From Myxococcota bacterium (lineage in GTDB: Bacteria > Myxococcota_A > UBA9160 > UBA4427), in the NCBI GenBank assembly GCA_965250285.1, contig OZ252299.1, forward strand, positions 224,001 to 288,000: a stretch of 64,000 bases of DNA, given 5' to 3'. Shown here piece by piece: positions 18,219 to 27,359 of this stretch. Numbering within the stretch: position 1 is the first letter of the stretch; every line of letters begins with the position of its first letter. A program made the translations under genes and the position numbers. The notes below the pieces were generated by a model that made no database searches, had not been told where the DNA came from, and saw only the letters and a list, made by a program, of their open reading frames with translations.

Positions 18219-18475
18219 GTCGGGTTCTCCTGTGTGGTCGGGCCGACGAGGTGAGCGGCGGCTCGGGCGCAGCCGGGTGAGGAGCGGCGGGGGCGCGTGC
18301 GTGCCGAGCGCTGGATCGCTCTGCGTCCCCCTCGGAGCCCTCCGCAGCGCGATTTGACGATTCGTCAATTCTAGCACGGGCATCGGCGGAACGGGCGCTG
18401 AGCTGCATCTGGATCAGCGGAGGACACTTCAGCGCGTCGCCTGCGGGGCAGATGCCCTGCGGTATGCGGAGCGGA

Positions 18476-20650
18476 TCAAGCGGTCGGCGCGTCACTCGGC
18501 GTGACGCGCACCGGGACGCCGTTGAACACGGCGTTGCCCGTCACCGGCTCGATCTCGGCGTCGTCGGTCAACGCGTTGCAGCTCACCCCGGGTCGCTCGC
18601 TCGCCACCGAGAGCCGCATGCCGGGGCGGTCGTGGCCCCAGCCGTGGGGCACGCTCACGACGCCGGGCGTCAGGTCGTCGCGCAGCTCGAGCGTGGCTTC
18701 GAGGGCGCCGACGCGGCTCTCGACGCGCACGCGGTCGCCCTCGCCGAGGCCGCGCTGGGTGGCGTCGTCGGCGTGCATCCACACCGTGCAGCGGTCGCGC
18801 CCCTTCGCCGACATGCGCGTGTTGTGGAGCCAGCTGTTGTTCGTGCGCACGTCGCGGCGTCCGATGAGCCACAGAGAGTCGCCCGAGAGCCTGGGCGGTG
18901 GCTCTGCGGCGAGGCGGCGCAGCGCCTCGAGCATCGTCGGGTGCGCGAGATCGATCGTGCCCGCCGCTGTGTCGAGCACTTCGCGGCCCCGCGGCGCGAG
19001 CGGGCCGAGGTCGATGCCGTGAGGGGCGGCTTCGAGGTCGGCCAGGCGAAGCCCCTTGCGCCACGGGCGAAAGCCGTCGCCGTAGGGGCCGGCGCGCAGC
19101 GCGAGGTCGAGCACGCGCCGCGGTGTCGGCCAGGTGCGCAGCGCGCCGAGGAGCGGCGTGAGGGCGCGCCTTGGCCCCTGCGCCTTGCGGGCCGCGATGC
19201 GCCAGGCGAGCTCGATCAGGATCTCCCAGTCGTGCTTTGCTCCGGGTTCGGGTTCGATGACCGGCGGCGAGAAGCGCGCCGTGTTGCGCACCGCGAAGCC
19301 GTGAAAGAGCACCTCGTAGTTCTCGTGCTCGAGCGACCACGTCGGCGGCAGGATCAGATCGGCGTGGCGCGTGGTCTCGTTCAGATAGAAGTCGACCGAC
19401 ACCTGGTAGTCGAGCGAGGCGAGCGCGGCGTCGACGGCGTTCGAGTTGGGCGCCGAGAGCGCGGGGTTGCCCGCGATCGTGATGAGACCGCGCACCTGGC
19501 CTTCGCCGGGCGTCGTGATCTCCTCGGCGAAGCACGACATCGGCTGCTCGCCGTTGAACTCGGGGGCGCCTCGCACGCGGGTGCGCCACTCGCCGCGGCT
19601 CCCGAGCGCGCCGCGGGCCCGGGCGAGGCCGGGCAGGTCGACGGCCGGCTGCGGGAAGAGGGCGCCGCCTTCGTGGTCGAGGTTGCCCGTCACGATGTTG
19701 AGCACGTCGACCAGCCAGCTCGCGAGCGTGCCCTCGCGTTGGGTACAGGTGCCGATGCGGCCGTAGCAGACGGCACGTTCGGCCCCGGCGAATCGCCGGG
19801 CGAGGTCGCGGATGCTCGGAGCGTCGAGGTCGAGCGGTTCGGCGACCTGCTCGGGTGCGAACGGTTCGAGATGGCGCGCGAGTGCGTCGAGCCCCTGGGC
19901 GAACGCAGCCGCGCCCCGTGCTCGACCGAGGCCCTCGCTCAGCACCGTGTGGATCAGCGCGCCGAGCAGCAGCGCGTCGTGCCCGGGGGCGATCGCGATG
20001 TGCTGGTCGGCGATCTCGGCGGTCTCGCTGCGGCGCGGATCGACGACCACGAGCGTGCCGCCGCGTTCGCGCAAAGCCCGAGCCCGGCGCTTGAAGCCCG
20101 GCGCCGACATCAAGCTGCCGCCCGAGACCACCGGGTTCGCTCCGAGCATCAGCATGAAGTCGGTGCGATCGACGTCGGGGATCGGAATGCGCAGCCAGTT
20201 GCCGTAGAGGAAGAAGCTCGACGCATGCTTCGGGTTCTGGTCGAGCGAGCTCGCGCTGTAGCGGTTGCGCGTCGAGAGCGCCTGGAAGAGCGGCACCAGG
20301 TACATGACGATCCCGAACACGTGCGCACCCGGGTTGCCGAGATACGAAGCCACGGCGTCGTCACCGTACTCGAGCTGGATCTCGGCGAGCCGTGTCGCGG
20401 CCTCGTCGAGCGCTTCTTCCCAGTCGATCACCTGCCAGCCGCGATCGGTCCGCCGCATGGGGCGGGTCAGGCGGTCGGGGTCTTCCTGGATCTCCTTGAG
20501 CGCGATGGCCTTGGGACAGATGTGGCCCTGCGAGAGCGGATCTCGTTCGTCGGCCTCGATGCGCTCGACCCGGCCATCGCGCACCGTGATCTGCAGCCCG
20601 CACATGGCTTCGCAGAGATTGCAGGTCTTCGGGACGACTCGGGTGGGCAT
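18476..20650 (-). CDS. Molybdopterin-dependent oxidoreductase (DMSO reductase family) with N-terminal 4Fe-4S site
   Basis: TCNLCEAMCG...CPK, GANPVVSGG, DPRRSETA, NETTRHADLILP, NSWLHN, PHGWGH; no Tat signal. Confidence 0.9.
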   Translation of the reverse strand: MPTRVVPKTCNLCEAMCGLQITVRDGRVERIEADERDPLSQGHICPKAIALKEIQEDPDRLTRPMRRTDRGWQVIDWEEALDEAATRLAEIQLEYGDDAVASYLGNPGAHVFGIVMYLVPLFQALSTRNRYSASSLDQNPKHASSFFLYGNWLRIPIPDVDRTDFMLMLGANPVVSGGSLMSAPGFKRRARALRERGGTLVVVDPRRSETAEIADQHIAIAPGHDALLLGALIHTVLSEGLGRARGAAAFAQGLDALARHLEPFAPEQVAEPLDLDAPSIRDLARRFAGAERAVCYGRIGTCTQREGTLASWLVDVLNIVTGNLDHEGGALFPQPAVDLPGLARARGALGSRGEWRTRVRGAPEFNGEQPMSCFAEEITTPGEGQVRGLITIAGNPALSAPNSNAVDAALASLDYQVSVDFYLNETTRHADLILPPTWSLEHENYEVLFHGFAVRNTARFSPPVIEPEPGAKHDWEILIELAWRIAARKAQGPRRALTPLLGALRTWPTPRRVLDLALRAGPYGDGFRPWRKGLRLADLEAAPHGIDLGPLAPRGREVLDTAAGTIDLAHPTMLEALRRLAAEPPPRLSGDSLWLIGRRDVRTNNSWLHNTRMSAKGRDRCTVWMHADDATQRGLGEGDRVRVESRVGALEATLELRDDLTPGVVSVPHGWGHDRPGMRLSVASERPGVSCNALTDDAEIEPVTGNAVFNGVPVRVTPSDAPTA

Positions 20651-20822
20651 GCTGGGCCTTCGCGTGCGGCTCTCGAACCGGAGAGGCTAGCCGTAGCCTC
20701 GCGCGGGCGGGGAGGGTGGGGTGGGGGCCCGATGCGGGCCGTGTCGCGCCCGTTCGGCCCTCGGCGGCAACGAGGGCTCGCCTCGATTGCCCGTGGTGGC
20801 CACCGTGCTCAGACGTCGGCGA

Positions 20823-22226
20823 TCAGGAGCGGCGCTGGTTCGAGCTCGAACGCGTGAGGTCGATCGCCTGATCCAGCTTCTGCAGCAGCGGTCCATCCGT
20901 CTCGCCGGCCGCGGAGCCCGATGCGTCGCTGCGATGATCGCCGAGGGTCTCCACCAGATCGGGCTGGATGCGACACGCCTCGTCGAGGTGGCGTGATGCC
21001 TTGGCGGTGTTGCCTTCGAGCGTCGCGATGCGTGCGCCCGTGAGGTGCGCAGGGAAGAAGTTGGGATCGCAGCGCAGCGCCTTCTCGAGTGCGCCCGATG
21101 CCTCGTCGAGCCGGCCGAGCGCGACGTAGCTGTTGGCGAGCACCGTGGCCCAGGGCGCGATGCCCTTGAAGGCCGGGCTCAGGTGGAGTGCATCCTCGAG
21201 GCAAGCCGCGCTCTCTTCGTATCGTCCCAGGCCGGCGAGCCCGGCACCGAGGGCCGCGCGTGCCTGGGCGTTGCTCGGATTGTGTTCGACGGCCCGGTCG
21301 AGGAGCGGGATGCCCTTCTCGTACTGGTGCAGGTCGCAGTACGCACAACCGACGAACCCGAGCACCTCGGACGAGCGATCGTCGAGCTCGATCGCCTTCT
21401 GGCAGATCTCGAACACCTTCTGCTTGAAGGCGTCGGTCCGCTCGAAGAAGCCGAAGACCGATCCGAGCGCGAAGAGCAGCGCCATGAGTCCATAGGCCTC
21501 GGCGAAGTCGGGCGTGCGGGCCGTCGCGCGCTCGAGCATGGCAATGGCCTTCTCGTACGTCGCCTTGTGATGTCCCTCGGCGAACAACAGCCCCTGGGCC
21601 TGCAGGAGCAGGTCGCGCGACTCGCGGCTGCGGGGCCGATTCTTTGCTCGCCCGACCTCGGTGCGGACGATCTCGAGACCGAGGTGGGACGCGACGCGCT
21701 GGGCCACACGCACCGAGAGCTCGTGCTCGTCGGCTGCCGGCACATCGAGCGCCTCGCTCCAGATCAGCCGCTGGCTCTCGGTGTCGATGAGATGAGTCGT
21801 CACCCGATAGCCGTCGTCGTTGCGTCGCACCTCGCCCTCGACCACGTACTGCACGTCGAGCGTCAGGCGGGCATCCTGGGGCGTGCCGCCCCCCAACGCG
21901 TAGCCCTGGGCCGCGTTCGTCGAGATCACTTCGCAGCCGTCGCTGCGCGCGAGCAGCGTGGCCAGCTCGCGTTGCAGCAGCTCTGACTCGGTCCTTGCGT
22001 CGGGTGAGTCGTCGGCCGCGTCGAAGGGGAGGACCGCGATGCGCGGAAGGGCCGAGCGGGGAGGGGGAGCCGTGGACGGAGCGGCGAGACCCGTGCCTGC
22101 ACGGAGCCGTCGCATCGGCCGAAGCAACGCCGGAAAGATGGCCAGGATCGCGAAGAGGGCGGCGAAGCCCGAGAGCAGCGACTCGTTCTCGGTCACCCAG
22201 GTCGTGATCTGACTGATCGTGTCCAA
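20823..22226 (-). CDS. Membrane-anchored TolB-N-like + TPR protein
   Basis: N-terminal TM, IAVLPF, YVVEGEVR, LIDT..LIWSE, multiple TPRs (AIELD, AVEHNP, ALRCDP). Confidence 0.75.
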   Translation of the reverse strand: MDTISQITTWVTENESLLSGFAALFAILAIFPALLRPMRRLRAGTGLAAPSTAPPPRSALPRIAVLPFDAADDSPDARTESELLQRELATLLARSDGCEVISTNAAQGYALGGGTPQDARLTLDVQYVVEGEVRRNDDGYRVTTHLIDTESQRLIWSEALDVPAADEHELSVRVAQRVASHLGLEIVRTEVGRAKNRPRSRESRDLLLQAQGLLFAEGHHKATYEKAIAMLERATARTPDFAEAYGLMALLFALGSVFGFFERTDAFKQKVFEICQKAIELDDRSSEVLGFVGCAYCDLHQYEKGIPLLDRAVEHNPSNAQARAALGAGLAGLGRYEESAACLEDALHLSPAFKGIAPWATVLANSYVALGRLDEASGALEKALRCDPNFFPAHLTGARIATLEGNTAKASRHLDEACRIQPDLVETLGDHRSDASGSAAGETDGPLLQKLDQAIDLTRSSSNQRRS

Positions 22227-22335
22227 CCTTCGACTCTCCGCGTCTCAGGGCCCGAGCATGAATATAAGGGGTCCCAGGGGATGCCGCCGATCACCCGTCG
22301 ATGGCCGGAATGGAGTCGCCGGGGCGTGGCGTGGC

Positions 22336-23025
22336 TCAGCGCAGCACTCGGACGCGTTTCATGTAGCCGCGCTCTGGGGTGAGCATCCAGTCCTGAACGG
22401 CATAGCCCTACGCTGCGGCCGCCACCTGAGCCAATACGCGCGCCTGCTCGGGCTCGCGAACGACGCCGAGGAGTACGATGGTCGAGCCGACGAAATCGAC
22501 CTCGACCCGCGACGCGACGATGTCGCGGTCGGCGAGCAGGCGCGCCTGAATCTCTGCGGAGGCCTCCAGCTGGCTGGTGAGTGATGCACGCTCGTCTGCA
22601 GAGCCCCCCGGCTCGCTTGCGGCGGGGCCCCCCGTCGCGCCCTCGTGCGCCGCGTCTTCTTCGCCGGGATCGGTATTCTTGTCGGCGATGGGCAGGTAGA
22701 AGTCGATCGAGCGCAGACCGACCACGGTCCGAGCTGCTGCCTCGACCGCGTCGCGCTCATGGGCCGAGAGCACGTCACCTACCACGAACCCTCGCTCCAT
22801 GTAGACGTGCGGCCGTACGGCGAAGGTCTTCGATGGGACTCGGGCGAACAGCGCACGGCGCAGTTCGCTGTCGAGCGCGCGGTCGCGGGTCTGCGCAGCC
22901 GCGCTCAGCTCGCTGTGACTCGCACGCACGATTGCGCGCCACGGGCGGGCTCGGCACCCCGCGGTCGCCAGAGCGAGTGCGAGCAACAAGAGCAGGACGA
23001 ATCGACGCCGGACGAAAGACTGCAT
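22336..23025 (-). pseudogene. Dual-BON-domain lipoprotein with an in-frame TAG near the C-terminus (intact ORF ends at 22408)
   Basis: Signal peptide with lipobox LATAGC; two BON-like units (VVGDV..., IVLLGVV...); TAG at 22408-22410 is followed by 23 more in-frame codons to TGA at 22336. Confidence 0.55.
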
Positions 23026-23241
23026 CTCACCTCGAGAGGTCCACGACGCTCGAGTGCCGTGGCGGCGCGAGTGTAGAGCGCGCGGGGACGCCGGCGATCC
23101 CGAACTCGAGTCGCCGTGCGGCGAACGGGGTGAGCGCATCAGAGGCGCCCGGATCGGCCGCCGCGCCTCGCTCCGCCGGGTAGTGGGCGCGCGCAGCGGC
23201 CGCCCCGGTCGCGTCCCGGCGTCCCGGCTCGGAGGGGTCGC

Positions 23242-23865
23242 TCAGCCGGGGCGCAGCTCGGCGGCGACCCAGTAGCGACCGGCGCCGTACTCGATGGTTG
23301 CGCCGGGCCGCCGCAGCAGCTCCGCGCCGAGTGGCGTCACGTGGAAGGACGCCAGCCAGCGCTCGAGCGCCCGGCGGAGGGTCGGCCAGAGCGTCGCGCC
23401 GTCGCCGAAGTCGCAGACGATGACTGCACCGCCCGGTGCGAGCTGGTCGAGGGCGTGGTCGATGGCCGTATCGGGTCGTTCGACCATCGAGAGGCAATAC
23501 GAGAACAGGACGCGATCGGGGGCGGCACCCAGCAGCGTGCGGTAGTCGGCGTTCTCGGCAAACCCGTCCATCAGCTGCACGCCGGGCAGGCGCTCGGCCG
23601 CGCGCTGCCGCATGACGCTGGACGGTTCGACGCCCCCGAATCGGGCTTCGGGCCGAAGGCCGCGGAGCACGTCGAGGTTGCGGCCCGTGCCGGGTCCGAT
23701 CTCGACGAGCCGCTCCCAGTCGGGATCGTCGGCGAGTCGACGCAGCGTCTCGTCGCGTCCGAGCAGGTAGTAGCGGCGCGTCACGTCGTAGATCGGCGCC
23801 GACCAGCCGTAGTAGCGGTCGAGGAACGCGCGCTGGGCCTCGAAGGCCTCACTCGCTGCGCTCAT
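23242..23865 (-). CDS. btaB: BtaB-like SAM-dependent diacylglycerylhomoserine N-methyltransferase
   Basis: IYDVTRRYYLLGRD, EIGPGTGRNL, FSYCLSM, CDFG, WLASFHV; ATGA overlap with btaA. Confidence 0.8.
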   Translation of the reverse strand: MSAASEAFEAQRAFLDRYYGWSAPIYDVTRRYYLLGRDETLRRLADDPDWERLVEIGPGTGRNLDVLRGLRPEARFGGVEPSSVMRQRAAERLPGVQLMDGFAENADYRTLLGAAPDRVLFSYCLSMVERPDTAIDHALDQLAPGGAVIVCDFGDGATLWPTLRRALERWLASFHVTPLGAELLRRPGATIEYGAGRYWVAAELRPG

Positions 23866-25010
23866 GCGTGGATCCGGTAGAAGTCGACGCGTCGGTACAG
23901 AGCGCTGCGATCGAGGTGGGTTGCCTCATCGCTCTCCGCGTCCATGCGAACGAGGTGGTCGCCGTAGCCGAGCGACTCCACCACGGGTTCCCGGGCGACC
24001 GAGCGCACGAGCATGACGCCGCCCTCGCGTCCGGTGCGCAGCACCTCGTCGAAGAGTCGCTTCTTCGTCGGCCCCGACATCCAGTCGGGGGCATCGCAGA
24101 AGCTGAAGTGACTCCAGGTGTTCGGGCCGGCCTCGCCGAGGACGTCGAACAGATTCCCGAGGTGGAAACGGGTCTCGGTCGGCGACTCGAGGCTGCGTTC
24201 GTGATGCGCTCGGCGGAGGTAGGGTGGTACCGCCTGCGGGTCTTCGTGGTTGAACGCGCCCGTCACGATGTACCAGGCGAACCAGTTGCGCGCGAGGTCG
24301 GTCTCGGCCAGCCGGTACATCGTCTTCTTGAACGCCGCCATCACGCTGTCGCCCGGATCGTCGAGCTCTTCGTCGAGATAGCGATCGCGCTGCTGACTGT
24401 TGACGCCGAGCGAGAAGTACTGGAGCGGCGAGCCCATGAACGCACGGAACCAGGGACGCTCGAGCACCGGCGCAATCCACTCATCGATCGCCTCGATCCG
24501 CTTGGCGAGGGGCAGCTCGACGACGCCACGGAACCACGCCGCGTCGACGCCACACTGGTCGCGGAAGAACGCGAGCATGCGCGCCGTCAGGCCGGTGCGA
24601 TAGAGCGATCGTTCGAAGAGGTCGTGATTGCGCTTCCAATGGCGCTGCATCCAGCGCGGAAGGCCGTCGGCGAGATCGCGCACGATCTTCTCAGGGGTCG
24701 GATGCCAGCCCCGGCCGAACAGATCGTAGAAGTCGCCGTACGAGCGCATTCGCCGGGCTGCGGTGGCCTTGAGCGCAGCCAGCGCGAGGTGGTGGCGATT
24801 GATGTCGACTGCGTCGATGCGTCGCGGGTGCGCGCCCAACATCCCCGCAACGCCGCAACCAGCGGCCGAGATGGCCAGCACGCTCGACTCCGTGTCGAGG
24901 CCCATGTGCCGCTCGTCGAGCTCGGCGTCCTCCCAGAGCATGTTGTAGACGAACACGTGCGCGAAGGTGTGCTGAAAGGCGCGGTCCTTCAGCTGCATGT
25001 CGAAGTTCAC
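23862..25010 (-). CDS. btaA: BtaA (DUF3419) SAM:diacylglycerol 3-amino-3-carboxypropyl transferase
   Basis: VYNMLWED, ISAAGC, DAVDINRHHLAL, NWFAW, PPYL, DAPDWM, DRSALY. Confidence 0.85.
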   Translation of the reverse strand: MNFDMQLKDRAFQHTFAHVFVYNMLWEDAELDERHMGLDTESSVLAISAAGCGVAGMLGAHPRRIDAVDINRHHLALAALKATAARRMRSYGDFYDLFGRGWHPTPEKIVRDLADGLPRWMQRHWKRNHDLFERSLYRTGLTARMLAFFRDQCGVDAAWFRGVVELPLAKRIEAIDEWIAPVLERPWFRAFMGSPLQYFSLGVNSQQRDRYLDEELDDPGDSVMAAFKKTMYRLAETDLARNWFAWYIVTGAFNHEDPQAVPPYLRRAHHERSLESPTETRFHLGNLFDVLGEAGPNTWSHFSFCDAPDWMSGPTKKRLFDEVLRTGREGGVMLVRSVAREPVVESLGYGDHLVRMDAESDEATHLDRSALYRRVDFYRIHA

Positions 25011-25201
25011 CTCGGCCGTCGGCGCGGCGGAGCGCCGTTTGAGGTTCGGGCGGGCAGCCTGGGGGAGGCAGCGCGAGGGTACGCGATGGCAGCGGCCCCG
25101 AATCGCTGCGTGGCCGAGCCGCAGCGGACTTCACGCATTGTTGGTCGAGTCGCGACACGACCGCCACGGATCACGGCGTCGACACCGAGGTGTGCACCTT
25201 C

Positions 25202-25217
25202 GTCACAGGGAGGTCAT
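25202..25217. promoter_or_regulatory. Pho-box-like direct repeat upstream of btaA
   Basis: GTCAC-N6-GTCAT (11-bp period) on the + strand, opposite to the btaA direction. Confidence 0.25.
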
Positions 25218-25246
25218 CGGTTTCGCGCTCGAAGGCGCGCACGCGG

Positions 25247-27109
25247 TCAGCCGCCGTGGGGGATGGGGCGCGATGCGTTCGTCTCGGACGGGCGCGGGCC
25301 GCGCAGCTCCTGGCCCAGGTGCGTCAGGTACAAGGCGATGTGTGCGGGGACGACCCAGGGCCACGCCTCGCGAAATGGGGCATGTGCCTCGAGACCGAGC
25401 AGCCCGATGATCGAGCCGACGATCATCGGGTGCGGGATCGAGCCGTAGGGGAATCGGTCGATGCGCTTCGGCGTGACGCGGCCGAGCTCGGCGCCGAAGT
25501 AGGTGCGCTCGCTGCCGAGCCGCAGCGCCGCGAGGGCCGCGAGCCCGAAACCGAACGTGACCCCGACCACCGAGACCAGGCCGATGGGCGCCGTCTGCAG
25601 ATACAGGCAGGCCAGCGTCGCCATCGAGACGCACTTCCAGAAGATCGCGTTGCGTTTGAAGGCTCCGACCGAGACGCGCTCGGGCGCCTCGCCGATGGCT
25701 GACCACGTCGCGATGTAGAGCGCGTAGTGGATGAAGCTCACCGCCGCGACGAAGAGGGCCACCGAGCCCATGAGCATGCTTGCGGCTGCCGACAGCGCCA
25801 GCCATGTGAGGTTGCCCAGGCCGATATGGCGCGTGAGCCGTTCCCAGAGCCATGTCTGGATCAGAATCATGCGCGCCGTCCACCGCTCGACGAGCCGCGT
25901 CGGCGCGAGCGTCTCGACGAAGAGCTGCCGAGCCCGTCGGTCGTAGCGTGTCGTCCAATTGCCCAACAGCCGCGCCCATGCGTTCAGTGGGCGCCGATAC
26001 ACGAGGTAGTGCAGCTTCAGCGTGATGCGGGGCCCGCCCGTGTCGGATCCACGGTCGGGATCATCGACGATGCGCTCGATGTAGTGGGGGGCGCGATTGA
26101 AGTCGAAGGCGAGCGCTTCTCCCTGCGTCAGCGTGATCCCCGCGTCACGGGTTTCGCTCTCCTCACCGCTTTCGTCCAGCGGAAACCGCGTCCGGACGTT
26201 CCGGTTCGGCGTCAGCCCGACCAGACATCGGTAGACGCTCGCGCCCGGGAAGACCGACCACGGGCCATCGACGTGCGGCATGTAGAAGACCTGGTCGGAG
26301 CTCAGCTCGCCAGGAGGCGCGCTGACGTACACCTCGTTCATGTCGGGTAGCGGCTCGACGGCGGTGCCCGGGCCATGATGCTCGGTGAACATGGCTTCGA
26401 GCCGGGATGAGCGAGCGAGGGCGTCACAGGCTTCGCGGATCTCGTCGGGGAGGTCGTCGCACCACCAGTGCTGGGTGCTGCGGCCGTCACCGGCCCGCTC
26501 GGTCGACCACGCCGCGACGCGCGCAATGCGCGCCGTGTCGTCCACCTCGACGAAGCGGGTCTGGATCGACTGTCGCTTCGGCGCGAGCCAGCCGAGCAGC
26601 GATCCGCGCGTTCGCCCGGCCGCGGCCAGCACGAGCGGCAGCAGGTAGAACGTGTGCAGTGCGTACCGAGCCACCCAGCCGGGCTCGTGGCGGTAGCTCC
26701 GCTCGAACGTCGACTCGCCCGAGAGCGCATGCGCGGCGTCCTGTGCCAGGTACGCCACGACGACGAGTGCGGCTGCGAGCCACGGTGAGATCGGCCAGCT
26801 CGCGGCGATCGCCGTGAGCAAGGCGACGAGATAGAAGCTGCGGCGACCGGTTCGTGGAGGCAGGGTCCGCCGGAGGGCGAGGGCGTACGCACCACCGACG
26901 GCGACGGTCGCAGGCCAGAAGATCGCGCTCGGCAGTGCGAGGGCGCCGTACAGACCGAGCGGCGTGGTCGCGAGGTGGAGCGACACGTTGAGGCCCGTCG
27001 AGTGGAACGGCAGGAAGGCGTCCAGGAGCGCGCTGAAGCGCGCTTCGCGCTGCGCCTGCGCACTCGGTCGACGCGCCTCCGGCTCGGTCTCTACGGTGGT
27101 GCCCTGCAT
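25247..27109 (-). CDS. Membrane fusion protein: Mpo1/DUF962-like + Fe(II)/2OG-oxygenase-like + PEMT-like methyltransferase
   Basis: FHSTGLNVSLH and QDAAH; PHVDGP...APHYI...RITLK; RTYFGAELG, FPYGSIPHPMIVGS; start MQGTT at 27109. Confidence 0.65.
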   Translation of the reverse strand: MQGTTVETEPEARRPSAQAQREARFSALLDAFLPFHSTGLNVSLHLATTPLGLYGALALPSAIFWPATVAVGGAYALALRRTLPPRTGRRSFYLVALLTAIAASWPISPWLAAALVVVAYLAQDAAHALSGESTFERSYRHEPGWVARYALHTFYLLPLVLAAAGRTRGSLLGWLAPKRQSIQTRFVEVDDTARIARVAAWSTERAGDGRSTQHWWCDDLPDEIREACDALARSSRLEAMFTEHHGPGTAVEPLPDMNEVYVSAPPGELSSDQVFYMPHVDGPWSVFPGASVYRCLVGLTPNRNVRTRFPLDESGEESETRDAGITLTQGEALAFDFNRAPHYIERIVDDPDRGSDTGGPRITLKLHYLVYRRPLNAWARLLGNWTTRYDRRARQLFVETLAPTRLVERWTARMILIQTWLWERLTRHIGLGNLTWLALSAAASMLMGSVALFVAAVSFIHYALYIATWSAIGEAPERVSVGAFKRNAIFWKCVSMATLACLYLQTAPIGLVSVVGVTFGFGLAALAALRLGSERTYFGAELGRVTPKRIDRFPYGSIPHPMIVGSIIGLLGLEAHAPFREAWPWVVPAHIALYLTHLGQELRGPRPSETNASRPIPHGG

Positions 27110-27359
27110 CGCCGTGCGTCGCCCCCCGCGTTCGCTCTCGACGGAGCGAATGTAGGGTCGGGCGGTTGGAAGTCGGGCCGTTCGAGCCGTGGGCCCGGCA
27201 ATCACACGAGAACGTCACGGGCGCGTGTTCGGGCCGACAACCAGCCTCTGCGGCCGGGGCCCCGATGGACCGCGGCGACCGCAGCGCAGCGTGCGTCACC
27301 GGCCGCGGGCGGCACCGTCGCGGCGGCGGTAGCGTCGAGGTCAATCCACGGGAGGAGTC

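Noticed and set aside
22408..22410. Pyrrolysine or genome-wide amber recoding
   Set aside because: TAG terminates several intact genes here (e.g. 1298, 39678, 56673, 63543), and there are no pyl genes.
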